DNA of 64,000 bases from Candidatus Latescibacterota bacterium (GTDB lineage: Bacteria; Latescibacterota; UBA2968; UBA8231): assembly GCA_965248355.1 (NCBI GenBank), contig OZ252098.1:224001-288000 (forward strand). The letters run 5' to 3'. The translations under genes were made by a program, and so were the position numbers. This document shows positions 9,265 to 18,714 of the stretch, one piece after another (positions within the stretch are counted from its first letter, which is position 1; each line of letters begins with the position of its first letter). The notes beneath the pieces were generated by a model. That model did not search any database, had not been told where the DNA came from, and worked only from the letters and a program-made list of their open reading frames with translations.

Positions 9265-10200
9265 ATGGCAAGCAGGATCACCTTCACTCTGTCTATAGTC
9301 ATCGGTCTGGCCCTCGCGTCAGGAGCCGATGCGGTGGTGAACATCCAGAATCTGGGGGCCGGCGCCCGGTCGGCCTCCCTCGGCAACGCCTTCGTGGCGG
9401 TGGCCGACAACGGCGATGCGATGTTCGCCAACCCGGCCGGTCTGGCGACCTTGTCGGGACGTCAGCTGGCCTACACGAACGTGTCGCTGTTGCACTCGGG
9501 TCTCGACGACGACGACCTGGGTCAGCACGTGGTGTCGCTGACGCAGCCGTTGGGCGGGCGCCTGGCGCTGGGCGTGGGCTACGAGCGCATCGGCTCGGAC
9601 CAGATGTCGGAGAACGGCGCGTTTCTGGGGCTGGGCTATCGCCTGAGCCGCGACCTGCATCTGGGTCTGACGGGCAAGTACGTGTTCTGGCAGGTGGCCG
9701 CCTTCGACAGCAACGACCCGGTGTCGGGGCAGAGCGCGGGCTCTGTGGGCGCCGACGTGGGGCTGCTCTGGCGGACGCCTTTCCGGGGGGCGCGGCTGGG
9801 GGTGCAGCTGAAGAACGCGCTGCAGCCGAACGCCACCTGTGACTGTGCGGCCAACGGCGCGTCTCTGGCGTCGGGGGCCGGGGACCTTCCGATGGATCTG
9901 TCGGTGGGTCTGAGCCACCGCCGGGACCAGATGCTGTTGTCGGTTCAGTGGACGGTGCGGGACGTGGGCGGCGACGGTTCGGAGAGCCGTCTGGTGGTGG
10001 GCGGGGAGACGAGCCTGGTGGAGGGCTTGATGCTTCGCGCCGGTGGCAGCCGCATCTTCGAGGAGGACGCCCAGGGCGATCTGAACGCGGGATTGGGCTA
10101 TCGCTGGAAGAAGATGCTGTTCGACTACGGCTACCACATCCCCCTCGACCTGGCCGAGGCCAACGGTTCCCACCGCTTCTCCCTGGCCTGGCAGTTGTAA
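9265..10200 (+). CDS. PorV/PorQ-family (FadL-like) outer-membrane beta-barrel protein
   Basis: RBS AAGGAGG; signal peptide; GAGARSASLGNAFVAVADNGDAMFANPAGL hatch signature; C-terminal strand HRFSLAWQL. Confidence 0.82.
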   Translation: MASRITFTLSIVIGLALASGADAVVNIQNLGAGARSASLGNAFVAVADNGDAMFANPAGLATLSGRQLAYTNVSLLHSGLDDDDLGQHVVSLTQPLGGRLALGVGYERIGSDQMSENGAFLGLGYRLSRDLHLGLTGKYVFWQVAAFDSNDPVSGQSAGSVGADVGLLWRTPFRGARLGVQLKNALQPNATCDCAANGASLASGAGDLPMDLSVGLSHRRDQMLLSVQWTVRDVGGDGSESRLVVGGETSLVEGLMLRAGGSRIFEEDAQGDLNAGLGYRWKKMLFDYGYHIPLDLAEANGSHRFSLAWQL

Positions 10201-10218
10201 GGAGAGGAGACTCCTTCC

Positions 10219-13200
10219 ATGACGCTCTGGATCGGGCTGATCGCACTGGGACTGGGACTGGGCTCGAGCCTGTTCATCCCGGTGCCGCAAACGCTGAAGA
10301 CGAATTTCGACGCCGGCCAGAGCCTCTATGCTCTGGGCGAGTACGAAGGCGCGATCCTCGAGTACTCGAAGATCGTCAAGTTCGACAGCCGGGCCGTGCG
10401 CACCGACAGCGTGCGCGTCAGCTTCGGTGACGAGCTCGAGCTGCCGGTGATGGCGGCCGCCTGGTACCAGCTGGGCAACGCCCGCATGCGCAGCGGCCAG
10501 CATGAAGAGGCGGTGGACGCCTTCCGCGAGGTCATCGCCATGGAGTCGGTGGATGAGGACTTCCGGTCCCTCGTTCAGTTCCGCGTGGCCGAGACCCGCT
10601 TCCTCCAGAAGGAGTTCGAGAAGGCGGCCGAGGAGTACAAGCGCTACGCCGAGCTCTTCCCCACCTCGGACCTGGCCGGAGAGGCTTACTTCTACTCCGG
10701 CTGGAGCCAGTTCAATCTCGAGCGCTACGACGACGCGATCGGCACGCTTCGGGGCATGCTGGAGGCCTATCCCGGGGACCGCTACGCCTCCGACTCGCAG
10801 TTCCGCATCGCCTCTTCCTACTACGAGAAGGAGCAATACCAGAAGGCCGTTGACGAGGCCGAGATCGTCCTCGAGGCCTACCCCAGCAGCCCCGTCATCG
10901 CCCAGGCCACCTACCTGAAGGCGCAGGCCTTCGACCGGATGGAGCGTAGCGACGAGGCGATCGCCAGCTACCGGGAGGTGCGCGATCTCTACGACCGGAT
11001 GTACGAGTTGCTCCGCGGCTCCTTCCGGGAGGGCAAGAACGTCGACTTCGACAACTACCGGCAGCTGTTCGAGACCTCCTCCCTCCGCGTCGCCGAGATC
11101 TATCGGCGCAACGGCCAGTTCGAGGAGGCCTACCAGGAGTTGATTGCGGCACAGGAGACGGCCGAGGAGCGGTTCTACAAGGCCAAGGTGCAGATGCGCC
11201 TCGGCGACAACTACATGGAGTGGGGCCAGAAGGTTGAGGATCAAGCGCAGAAGCAAGAGCGTTTCGAGGAGGCCTACACCACCTACAACCAGGTGATCGA
11301 GCTCTACGGGGACACGCCGTACCCGCCTATCGCCCAGTACAACAAGGGCGAGGCCCGCTACTTCGCCCGGGACTACGGCGAGGCCCGCCAGGAGTACACC
11401 GCCGTCGCCACCCTCTATCCGGACAGCGAGACGGGCCTTCGGGCGAACGCCTTGTACAGCGCCGGCTGGTCTTCCGAGAAGCTGGACGACTTCGAGGCCG
11501 CCCTCGACATGTACGGCCAGGTGGTGGAGAGCTTTCCGCGCTCCGACCAAGCGCCTCTCTGCCTGTTGCGGATGGGCCGCGTCAACACGGAACAGCAGCG
11601 CTTCGACGAGGCTATCGAGGCCTACCGCATCATCGCGGAGGACTACGGCGAGACCCGCCATGCCGCCGACGCCAACTACGGGCTGGGACTGCTGTACAAG
11701 CAGCGAGGTGAGTTGGACAGCGCCATCGACGCCTTCTCCCGCGTTGGCCGGGAGGCCCGCGAAGTCTACGTGGCTTCCCTGATCGAGGCTGCCAACATCC
11801 ACATCGAGGCCGGCCGTTCCGAAGAGGGCCGCCAGGTCCTCGATCAACTGCTGGCGGGCGTCACCGGTGACCGCGTCCTGGAGGCGCAGGCACACTACCA
11901 GATCGCCCAGCTCGACCTGAACAATGACAACTACCTGGACGCCATCAATCGCTACACCAAGGTCATCGACGAATACCCCGAGTCCGACGTGATCCGGGAG
12001 GTTCGCTACGGCCGCGCTCTGGCGTACCACAAGGCGAATCGGTTCTCCAGGGCCCTGGCCGACTACCAGTGGCTCCTCCATCAGAACCTGCCGGAGAGCA
12101 TGGAGTTGAAGGTCAACTTTGCCATGGCCCTGTCCTTCGCCGCCCAGGGGCAGGATGCGGAGGCCACCGAGCTGTTGACGCAGGTGATCGAATCAGGCGA
12201 CGAGACGCTGGCGCGCAACGCCCAGTTGCAGCTGATCTCCATGGCCGAGAAGCAGGACCCGGAGGACGCCATCCGCACCTATGAGGACATGCTCTCCCGT
12301 CTGACGACGCAGGAGGACAAGGTGCGCGTCCTCATCCGCATGGCCAGCGCCTACTTCCGCCTCGGGCGGTACGAGCAGAGCGTGGCCGCCTCGCAGCAGC
12401 TCCTCGATCTGGCCACCGACGCGGAGGATATCGCCAACGCCTTGTTCGTGCAGGGCAACAGCCACTTCCGAGCCGGCGAGCTGGAGAAGGCCATCCAGAC
12501 TTACCAGACCATCGTCGACAACTACCCGCAGATCGGATGGGCGCGCAACGCTCAGTTCCAGATCGGCGCCGCGTACAACCAGATGTCCGGCGACGGCAAC
12601 GTCCAGTACCTGCCCTACGTGGCCGAGGCCTTCCAGTCGTACTACACGGCCTACGCCGATGACGAGAAGGCCGTCTACGCTTACTACTACAGCGCCTTTG
12701 CCGAGTACCGGATGGGCAAGTGGCGCGAGTCCAGCGAGACTTTCCAGGAGCTGGCCTCGCGCTTTCCGCGCTCGGAGTTCGCCCCCCAGTCCCTGTTCCG
12801 TGCGGGCGAGGCGGTCTTCAACCTGGCCCAGGGAGAGTCCCGGGAGAACAAGAAGGGCGTTTTCCGGGACGCCATGCGCAAGTACGACTCCGTGCTGGGC
12901 CGCTACCCGCGGTCCGACGTGGTCGACGACGCTCTCTACAACAAGGCCTGGGCCATTATCCACTTGTCCGATCTCGGGGAGGAGTACACGAAGGCCGACG
13001 CGCTTCCGTTCTTCGAGCGCATCGTAGCCGAGTATCCGGACGGCGATTTCGGCGCCGCCAGCCAGTTCACGCTGGGCGACTACTACTACGGCGAGAAGGA
13101 GTACGACCTGGCCTCGGCGAGTTACCGGAGATTCCTCGAGCTGTTTCCCGAGCAGCGCCTGAAGGCGAAGGACCGGGCCTTGCGCCGCAAGGCGTCGGTC

Positions 13201-13512
13201 CTCCTCGGCCACCTGTCGGAGATCGAGGCTTACAACGAGTACGCCGCGGGTGAGTCCCTGTTCGACGGCAAGCAGTACGAGGAGGCCATCGAGGTCTTCA
13301 AAGAGGTGATCGAGCGCTTTCCGGAGAGCGACCAGGCGGTCAATGCGGCCGTCAATATCGCCTCGGCGTACATGGCCCTCGAGGAATACCGCAAGGCGGC
13401 CGAGGAGTTCCAGCAGGTCGTCCAGAAATACGGGGGGATACAGCGGTTCTCCCCCCAGGTGGATTTCTCGAGGCAGCAGTTGCAGGCGCTCGAGGAAGCG
13501 CGTGTCCTGTGA
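10219..13512 (+). CDS. Very large TPR protein (BamD/CpoB-like repeats), 1097 aa
   Basis: RBS GAGGAG; N-terminal hydrophobic anchor; many repeats of the YP.S..A..A.Y..G type. Confidence 0.9.
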   Translation: MTLWIGLIALGLGLGSSLFIPVPQTLKTNFDAGQSLYALGEYEGAILEYSKIVKFDSRAVRTDSVRVSFGDELELPVMAAAWYQLGNARMRSGQHEEAVDAFREVIAMESVDEDFRSLVQFRVAETRFLQKEFEKAAEEYKRYAELFPTSDLAGEAYFYSGWSQFNLERYDDAIGTLRGMLEAYPGDRYASDSQFRIASSYYEKEQYQKAVDEAEIVLEAYPSSPVIAQATYLKAQAFDRMERSDEAIASYREVRDLYDRMYELLRGSFREGKNVDFDNYRQLFETSSLRVAEIYRRNGQFEEAYQELIAAQETAEERFYKAKVQMRLGDNYMEWGQKVEDQAQKQERFEEAYTTYNQVIELYGDTPYPPIAQYNKGEARYFARDYGEARQEYTAVATLYPDSETGLRANALYSAGWSSEKLDDFEAALDMYGQVVESFPRSDQAPLCLLRMGRVNTEQQRFDEAIEAYRIIAEDYGETRHAADANYGLGLLYKQRGELDSAIDAFSRVGREAREVYVASLIEAANIHIEAGRSEEGRQVLDQLLAGVTGDRVLEAQAHYQIAQLDLNNDNYLDAINRYTKVIDEYPESDVIREVRYGRALAYHKANRFSRALADYQWLLHQNLPESMELKVNFAMALSFAAQGQDAEATELLTQVIESGDETLARNAQLQLISMAEKQDPEDAIRTYEDMLSRLTTQEDKVRVLIRMASAYFRLGRYEQSVAASQQLLDLATDAEDIANALFVQGNSHFRAGELEKAIQTYQTIVDNYPQIGWARNAQFQIGAAYNQMSGDGNVQYLPYVAEAFQSYYTAYADDEKAVYAYYYSAFAEYRMGKWRESSETFQELASRFPRSEFAPQSLFRAGEAVFNLAQGESRENKKGVFRDAMRKYDSVLGRYPRSDVVDDALYNKAWAIIHLSDLGEEYTKADALPFFERIVAEYPDGDFGAASQFTLGDYYYGEKEYDLASASYRRFLELFPEQRLKAKDRALRRKASVLLGHLSEIEAYNEYAAGESLFDGKQYEEAIEVFKEVIERFPESDQAVNAAVNIASAYMALEEYRKAAEEFQQVVQKYGGIQRFSPQVDFSRQQLQALEEARVL

Positions 13513-13596
13513 CACGGACTTGCATCACCATATGAACCCTTGCTCAGCGATACGGGCAGAAAGCTCTGAGCTTTAACTCAAGGAGGATCAGCGATC

Positions 13597-14247
13597 ATGC
13601 TGGAGTTTTTCCAAGACGGCGGACCGTTCATGTGGCCCCTTGGCCTGTGGTCCATCATGGCCCTCGGGTTCTTCATCGAGCGCATCGTCACCTATGCGCG
13701 GATGCGCTCCGAGGATGAGTTAGCCGAGGTCACCAACGACGTCACCGGCCGCATCGACTCCGGGGCTTCCTTCGATCAGCTCCAGGAGTACTGCAGGGAG
13801 ATCGGCCGTCTGGAGGGTGACGTCTACGCCGAGGGGATCGAGCGCTTCGGGCACCTCTCCCGCGAGCAGCGCAGCATCGAGGAGATGCGCGCCGAGATGA
13901 ACGGCACGGTAGAGCGTGCCGCGAGCAGCTATCTGGAGCGCTACCTGTCGGTGATCCAGTTCGTGGCCAGCTCGGTCGTGCTCCTCGGCCTGCTGGGAAC
14001 GGTGAACGGAATGATCCGCGCCTTCGAAGGCATCGCCGAGAAGGGACTGGGTGAGCCGACCATCGTCGCCGCCGGCATCTCCGAGGCGCTGATCACGACG
14101 GTGACGGGTCTGGTCATCGCCGTGCCCTCCCTGGCCATCTACACCTACTTTTCCCAGCGCGCCGAGGGCAAGGGGATTCAGTTCGAGCCCTACGGTCATG
14201 GATTCGTAGATGCCCTGCTGCGCCGCTGGCAGGGCCAGACCGTCTAA
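13597..14247 (+). CDS. exbB: MotA/TolQ/ExbB proton-channel family protein
   Basis: GGPFMWPL start; LLGLLGTVNGMIRAF; AGISEALITTVTGLVIAVP; RBS AAGGAGG. Confidence 0.93.
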   Translation: MLEFFQDGGPFMWPLGLWSIMALGFFIERIVTYARMRSEDELAEVTNDVTGRIDSGASFDQLQEYCREIGRLEGDVYAEGIERFGHLSREQRSIEEMRAEMNGTVERAASSYLERYLSVIQFVASSVVLLGLLGTVNGMIRAFEGIAEKGLGEPTIVAAGISEALITTVTGLVIAVPSLAIYTYFSQRAEGKGIQFEPYGHGFVDALLRRWQGQTV

Positions 14248-14269
14248 CCGCGGGTGCGCGGAGGCTGAG

Positions 14270-14677
14270 ATGGCACAGGAAAAGAGGCGCTACGACGAGA
14301 AGCCGGACCTCACGCCGATGATCGACGTGGTGTTCCAGTTGCTGATCTTCTTCATGGTAACGGCGGTCTTCGCCATCACGCCCGGTCTCGACATCAAGCT
14401 GCCGGAGGCGGAGGAGGCCCAGGCGCCCGAGAAGGAGAACCTGTTCATCGTCGTCGATCAGGACGGCAACATGAAACTGAATCACCAGACGGTGACTTTC
14501 GCCAACCTGAAGGACCGGATCCAGGAGAAGCGCCAGATCCTGGACAACACGACGATGATCATCATACAAGGGGACGAGCGCGCCACCCACGGCCAGATCG
14601 TGCAGATCATGGATATCGCGCGCCAAGTGGGGGTGGTCGACCAGATCATCGCCACCGAGCCGCAACGAGGGAAGTAG
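14270..14677 (+). CDS. exbD: ExbD/TolR biopolymer transport protein
   Basis: LTPMIDVVFQLLIFFMV with the essential Asp; IIQGDERATHGQIVQIMD. Confidence 0.93.
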   Translation: MAQEKRRYDEKPDLTPMIDVVFQLLIFFMVTAVFAITPGLDIKLPEAEEAQAPEKENLFIVVDQDGNMKLNHQTVTFANLKDRIQEKRQILDNTTMIIIQGDERATHGQIVQIMDIARQVGVVDQIIATEPQRGK

Positions 14678-14688
14678 CCGCCGCCAAC

Positions 14689-14713
14689 GCCCCTCCGGCC
14701 TGGCCGGAGGGGC
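14689..14713. other. Perfect GC-rich inverted repeat between exbD and the DUF4159 gene
   Basis: GCCCCTCCGGCC-T-GGCCGGAGGGGC; no U-tract follows. Confidence 0.6.
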
Positions 14714-14742
14714 TCCGTTGAACCAGGCACGGGGAACGGAAA

Positions 14743-16083
14743 GTGGAAGAACGCAGAAAGATACTCTACGGCTCCTTTGGGATCGCCACCCTCCTTCACG
14801 TCCTCATCTTCGGGTTCTTCTCGAAGGGGGAGATGCTGGCGCTCAACGCCCTGCTCGGCGTGGCGCTCATCGTCGTTCTGTGGCGGGCCACGGCCGGCCG
14901 TCGGGGAGCCCTGTTCGTGAGTCTCGCGGTGGCTGTATGCATCGAGGCCGTCGCCTGGGGCGTTGCGTGGTACTACGAGCAGCAGGTCACCGAGGAAGAG
15001 ACGAAGCTGATCCGCTTCCAGGCGCCGCCGCCGATCCTGGAGAAGAACTTCGACCTGGCCAAGAAGCCGGAGATCTCCGAGGTGCAGATGGAGATGCTGG
15101 CCTCGCTGTCGCCGCCGGATCTGCCGACCGACATCAACGCCATCGCCGACGTGAGCGCCGTCGGTTCCGACCTGCTCGGGGCGGTTCTGCCCGGCAGCCA
15201 GGTGCTGGGCACGTTCTCCGGCGCCAAGGCGGAGGAGCTGGCCTTCGACGAGGTCGAGATGATCGAGCTCACGGAGACGGCTGCCCCGGTCCAGGAGGCA
15301 CTGAGCCTGAAGCAGGAGTTGCTGAACGTTCAGGACCTCGACTTTGGCCGCTATCAGGCGATCCTGATCCAGGACCCGGAGAACAAGCGCAACATCAAAG
15401 GGTTCTTCAACATGAGCGTCATCGACTACGACCTGGCGAACAAGAGCACCGACCGCTTCCCGACCGCCGTGGAGGAGTTGATGCGCTACATGCGTGACAA
15501 TACGCGGATCAACGCCCAGATCGAAGGGGTGACGTTGCGTCTGAGCGACACGCAGATCTTCAAGCAGCCCTTCCTCTACATGACGGGGAACAACGCGATC
15601 TTCCAGTTCTCCCAAACGGAAAGGGAGAACATGGGCGAGTACCTCCGTCAGGGCGGGTTCCTGTACGCGGAGGATATCCGCCATGCCAATTCGGCGGGCA
15701 GCCTGGAGGACACTGGCGCGGGAACGGCCGGGACCATCTTCGACCGCCAGTTCAAGGCGCTCATGAAGGACGAGCTCGTGCTCTCCGGTGACGGCGCCCG
15801 GTGGCAACGGGTCACCAAGGACCATCCCCTGTTCGAAAGCTTCTACGACTTCGGCGACGGTCCCCCCAAGGGAGGCGCGCCGGGGGGCAACGTCTTCGAC
15901 CTCGAAATGCTGGAGCTCCGCGGTCGAGTCGCGGTGGTATTCTCCGACCTCAACATCAGCTGGTACTGGGGCGATCCGAATGCCGACGCCCGGGAGAGAG
16001 GCCTGCAGTTCGGCGTCAACCTGATCGTCTTCGCCCTGACCCAGCCCGGCGGCATCGCCAACGTCAGTCAGTACTCCGAGTAG
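14743..16083 (+). CDS. Membrane-anchored DUF4159-domain protein with Pro/Glu-rich linker
   Basis: N-terminal TM helices; C-terminal QPFLYMTG...EYLRQGGFLY...HPLFESFYDF...GVNLIVFALT resembles DUF4159. Confidence 0.8.
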   Translation: MEERRKILYGSFGIATLLHVLIFGFFSKGEMLALNALLGVALIVVLWRATAGRRGALFVSLAVAVCIEAVAWGVAWYYEQQVTEEETKLIRFQAPPPILEKNFDLAKKPEISEVQMEMLASLSPPDLPTDINAIADVSAVGSDLLGAVLPGSQVLGTFSGAKAEELAFDEVEMIELTETAAPVQEALSLKQELLNVQDLDFGRYQAILIQDPENKRNIKGFFNMSVIDYDLANKSTDRFPTAVEELMRYMRDNTRINAQIEGVTLRLSDTQIFKQPFLYMTGNNAIFQFSQTERENMGEYLRQGGFLYAEDIRHANSAGSLEDTGAGTAGTIFDRQFKALMKDELVLSGDGARWQRVTKDHPLFESFYDFGDGPPKGGAPGGNVFDLEMLELRGRVAVVFSDLNISWYWGDPNADARERGLQFGVNLIVFALTQPGGIANVSQYSE

Positions 16084-16105
16084 CCAGAAGGTTTCGAGCC
16101 GACGT

Positions 16106-16140
16106 CACGAGCCCGGTCGAATGGTGCGACCGGGCTCGTG
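16106..16140. terminator. Probable bidirectional terminator hairpin between convergent genes
   Basis: 14-bp perfect stem CACGAGCCCGGTCG / CGACCGGGCTCGTG with a 7-nt loop. Confidence 0.65.
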
Positions 16141-16158
16141 CTCGTTCTCGCCGCACGG

Positions 16159-17913
16159 TCAGGATCCACCGGACCACCCGGCTCCCTGTCTCAGGCTGTG
16201 GGCGCCGGCGGCCAGTTGCCAGCGCTCCCGGCTGCCGTCGGACCAGCGTACGGTGACCGACGCCCCGGAAGCGCCGTCCAGTCCCACGTGAATCCTCGGA
16301 TCCGAGGCGGACAGGTAGCTGCCGGCGCCGTGAACCTGGCGGTGGAGCACGCGCTCGCCGAACCGGACCTCGATTCGGGCCCCCAGCCCGCTCCGATTGC
16401 CGGGCTGTCCCGAGACCAGGCTCAGGCTCAGCCCGGTGGATCCGCTCCGGTCGTTGCGCAGCAGGCGTGGCCCCCCTCCGTTGGTGGTGAGAATCAGATC
16501 CTCATCGCCGTCGTTGTCGTAGTCTCCGGCGGTCAGGGCGCGGCTCACGCGGGGCCGGGCCTCGGCCATCCACGACGCCTCTTCGGTGAAGCGGCCGGCG
16601 CCATCGTTGACCAGCAACTGGTCGGGTTGGGCATGTGACAGGCTGCTGTCGATGTCGGCGATGCGGTCGAGGACGTGACCGTTGGCGACCGCCAGATCGA
16701 GATCGCCATCGGCGTCGACGTCGAACAGGGCGGCGCCGAATCCGAGGGGGAGGAAGCTGGGTGAGGCCAGTCCGCGGAATCGGGTCTCGTCCGTGTACGC
16801 CGGGGCGTGCCGTCCGCCGTGGCGGTAGAGGGTGTTCGTCTCGCGGGAGAAGTTGGCCACAACCAGGTCCGGCCAGCCGTCTCCGTCCACGTCTCCGAAG
16901 TCCGCGCCCATGCCGGCCTCGGCGCGGCCGTCGGCATTGAACCGCACTCCCCAGGCCAGGCTGGTCTCCGTTACCCGGGGTGAGCCGCTGGTCCCGGTGT
17001 CGTTCCGATAGAGGAAGTTGGCCTCGCCGTCGTTGGCCACGAACCAGTCCGTGTCGCCATCGAGGTCGATGTCGGCCATGGCCAGCCCGAGACCGCGTCC
17101 GACGCCGGAAAGGCCTGCCTCCAAGGTCACGTCGGTCATCCTCAGGTCTCCCGTGCCGGCCTCGTTGAGGTAGAGGAGGTCCCGGGTCCCCGGATACCGG
17201 TCCGGATCGCAGTAGGTACGGATCGAGCCCCGGCGGCAGACCGGGATCCGGGCCGCGTCGAAGGGGACGTAGTTGACGACGACGAGGTCGAGGTCTCCGT
17301 CGAGATCGATGTCGACGAAGCCCGTTCCCGTGCCCCATCGGCGATCGTCGACGCCCATGGCTTCGGCCCGCTCCTGGAACCGCCGGTTGCTCTGAAGCAG
17401 CAGGGCGTTCGGGCCGACGTTGGTGACGAACAGATCGACGCCGCCGTCTCCATCCACGTCGGCGGCGGCCACCCCCATCCCGTAGCCGTCCTCTCCGGCT
17501 CCGGTGGCGTCGGTGACATCGACGAACCGGACGGGAAAGCCGGACCTCCCTCCGAGGTTCCGGTAAAGCCGGTTGGTCGGGGGCGCACGGACCCCATCGG
17601 AGTCCAGGAGAGTCCCGCCCTGGATCAGGTAGAGGTCCAGCCAGCCGTCGCCGTCGTAGTCGACCCAGGCGGCCCCTGCGCCAAAGGTCTCGGGACAGGC
17701 GAAGCGGCCGTCGGCGCCGCTGTCGTGCACGAAGTCGATCCCCGCGGACGTGGTGACATCGGAGAAGACTCTCGGCGGGGCCCCGGCGGAAGGATCTCCG
17801 CCCGAAAGCCCGCAGCCGAGACAGGAGAGCGAGAGGATGAAGCCGAAGAGCCTGGAGGGACGGGACAGAAGGGATGGCCCGGCAAGGCGTGGGGGCCCCG
17901 CCGCCTGGGTCAC
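16159..17913 (-). CDS. CRTAC1-family (FG-GAP + ASPIC/UnbV) protein
   Basis: DYDGDGWLDLY repeats; GAGSYLSASDPRIHVGL; lipobox-like CLGC. Start uncertain (GTG 17913 chosen). Confidence 0.88.
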   Translation of the reverse strand: MTQAAGPPRLAGPSLLSRPSRLFGFILSLSCLGCGLSGGDPSAGAPPRVFSDVTTSAGIDFVHDSGADGRFACPETFGAGAAWVDYDGDGWLDLYLIQGGTLLDSDGVRAPPTNRLYRNLGGRSGFPVRFVDVTDATGAGEDGYGMGVAAADVDGDGGVDLFVTNVGPNALLLQSNRRFQERAEAMGVDDRRWGTGTGFVDIDLDGDLDLVVVNYVPFDAARIPVCRRGSIRTYCDPDRYPGTRDLLYLNEAGTGDLRMTDVTLEAGLSGVGRGLGLAMADIDLDGDTDWFVANDGEANFLYRNDTGTSGSPRVTETSLAWGVRFNADGRAEAGMGADFGDVDGDGWPDLVVANFSRETNTLYRHGGRHAPAYTDETRFRGLASPSFLPLGFGAALFDVDADGDLDLAVANGHVLDRIADIDSSLSHAQPDQLLVNDGAGRFTEEASWMAEARPRVSRALTAGDYDNDGDEDLILTTNGGGPRLLRNDRSGSTGLSLSLVSGQPGNRSGLGARIEVRFGERVLHRQVHGAGSYLSASDPRIHVGLDGASGASVTVRWSDGSRERWQLAAGAHSLRQGAGWSGGS

Positions 17914-17972
17914 GGCGGCGGGGCCGTGTGGTGCCGAGCCGGGAAGATACGACCTGTCGGCGGGCAGGACCG

Positions 17973-18647
17973 TCAGAGCGCGTGCTTGATGGTCCCCCAG
18001 GTGACCGCCGTAACCTGGGTGGGGACCTCCACCGAGGCCTGCTGGCCGGGCAGGGCGCCCGGGGTGCCGAGCTCGGTGGACCCCGGATCCCAGCCGCTGG
18101 ACTCGGTGGCCGTGGTCCATGAGTCCTTCTCGTCGCCGCGGGCCTCCAGGTCGGTCCGGACCATGGCCGCCTTCGTCTCTCCGCTCAGACCGCCGAAGGG
18201 CGCGCCCCGTCCGTCGTCGATCCGGTCGATGACCGATCCCGACTCCGGCGGACCGTCGTACAGACGGAGGTGGAGCTTGGTGTTGGGCAGAGACACCTGT
18301 GGATCGACGAGAGAGGGAACTGTCGCCAGGCGCGAGCGCTCGTCGTCATGGCCGTAGTTGGAGATGAGAAAGACCTCGCCCGGCGCGAGCTGGCCGGACT
18401 CGATGAGCACCATCACGTTCTCGTCTTCGCCGTCGCCTCGGGTGATCGTCCAGCCGGCGAGGTCCACCGTCTCGGAACCGCGGTTGAAGAGCTCGATCCA
18501 CTCGTCGGAGCTGGAGGCGGAGCTACCCGCCCACATCAGCTCGCTCACGACGACGGACCCCGGCTCCTGGCCGGCGCCGGCGCCGACGCCGGCCAGGATC
18601 AGCCAGCCCGTCAGCCAGGGGGATGTGGGCAACACTCGAGTCAGCAT
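17973..18647 (-). CDS. Secreted lamin-tail-domain protein with C-terminal TWGxIK motif
   Basis: VVVSELMW...DEWIELFNRGSETVDLAGWTI is the LTD signature, with GTPG near the end; ends TQVTAVTWGTIKHAL; RBS GGGAGG. Confidence 0.85.
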   Translation of the reverse strand: MLTRVLPTSPWLTGWLILAGVGAGAGQEPGSVVVSELMWAGSSASSSDEWIELFNRGSETVDLAGWTITRGDGEDENVMVLIESGQLAPGEVFLISNYGHDDERSRLATVPSLVDPQVSLPNTKLHLRLYDGPPESGSVIDRIDDGRGAPFGGLSGETKAAMVRTDLEARGDEKDSWTTATESSGWDPGSTELGTPGALPGQQASVEVPTQVTAVTWGTIKHAL

Positions 18648-18714
18648 GGGGATGCCTCCCTTGAAGGGGTGTGGGGTGGGCGAGGAGACCTCTCTCGCCT
18701 TTCGGGGCGCCGTC

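Noticed and set aside
13509-13524. Sigma54-like GTGACACGGACTTGCA upstream of exbB
   Set aside because: It has TG rather than the invariant GG at -24.
13560-13574. Palindrome AAAGCTC-T-GAGCTTT before exbB
   Set aside because: Single short instance with no second copy or regulator seen; cannot be called an operator.
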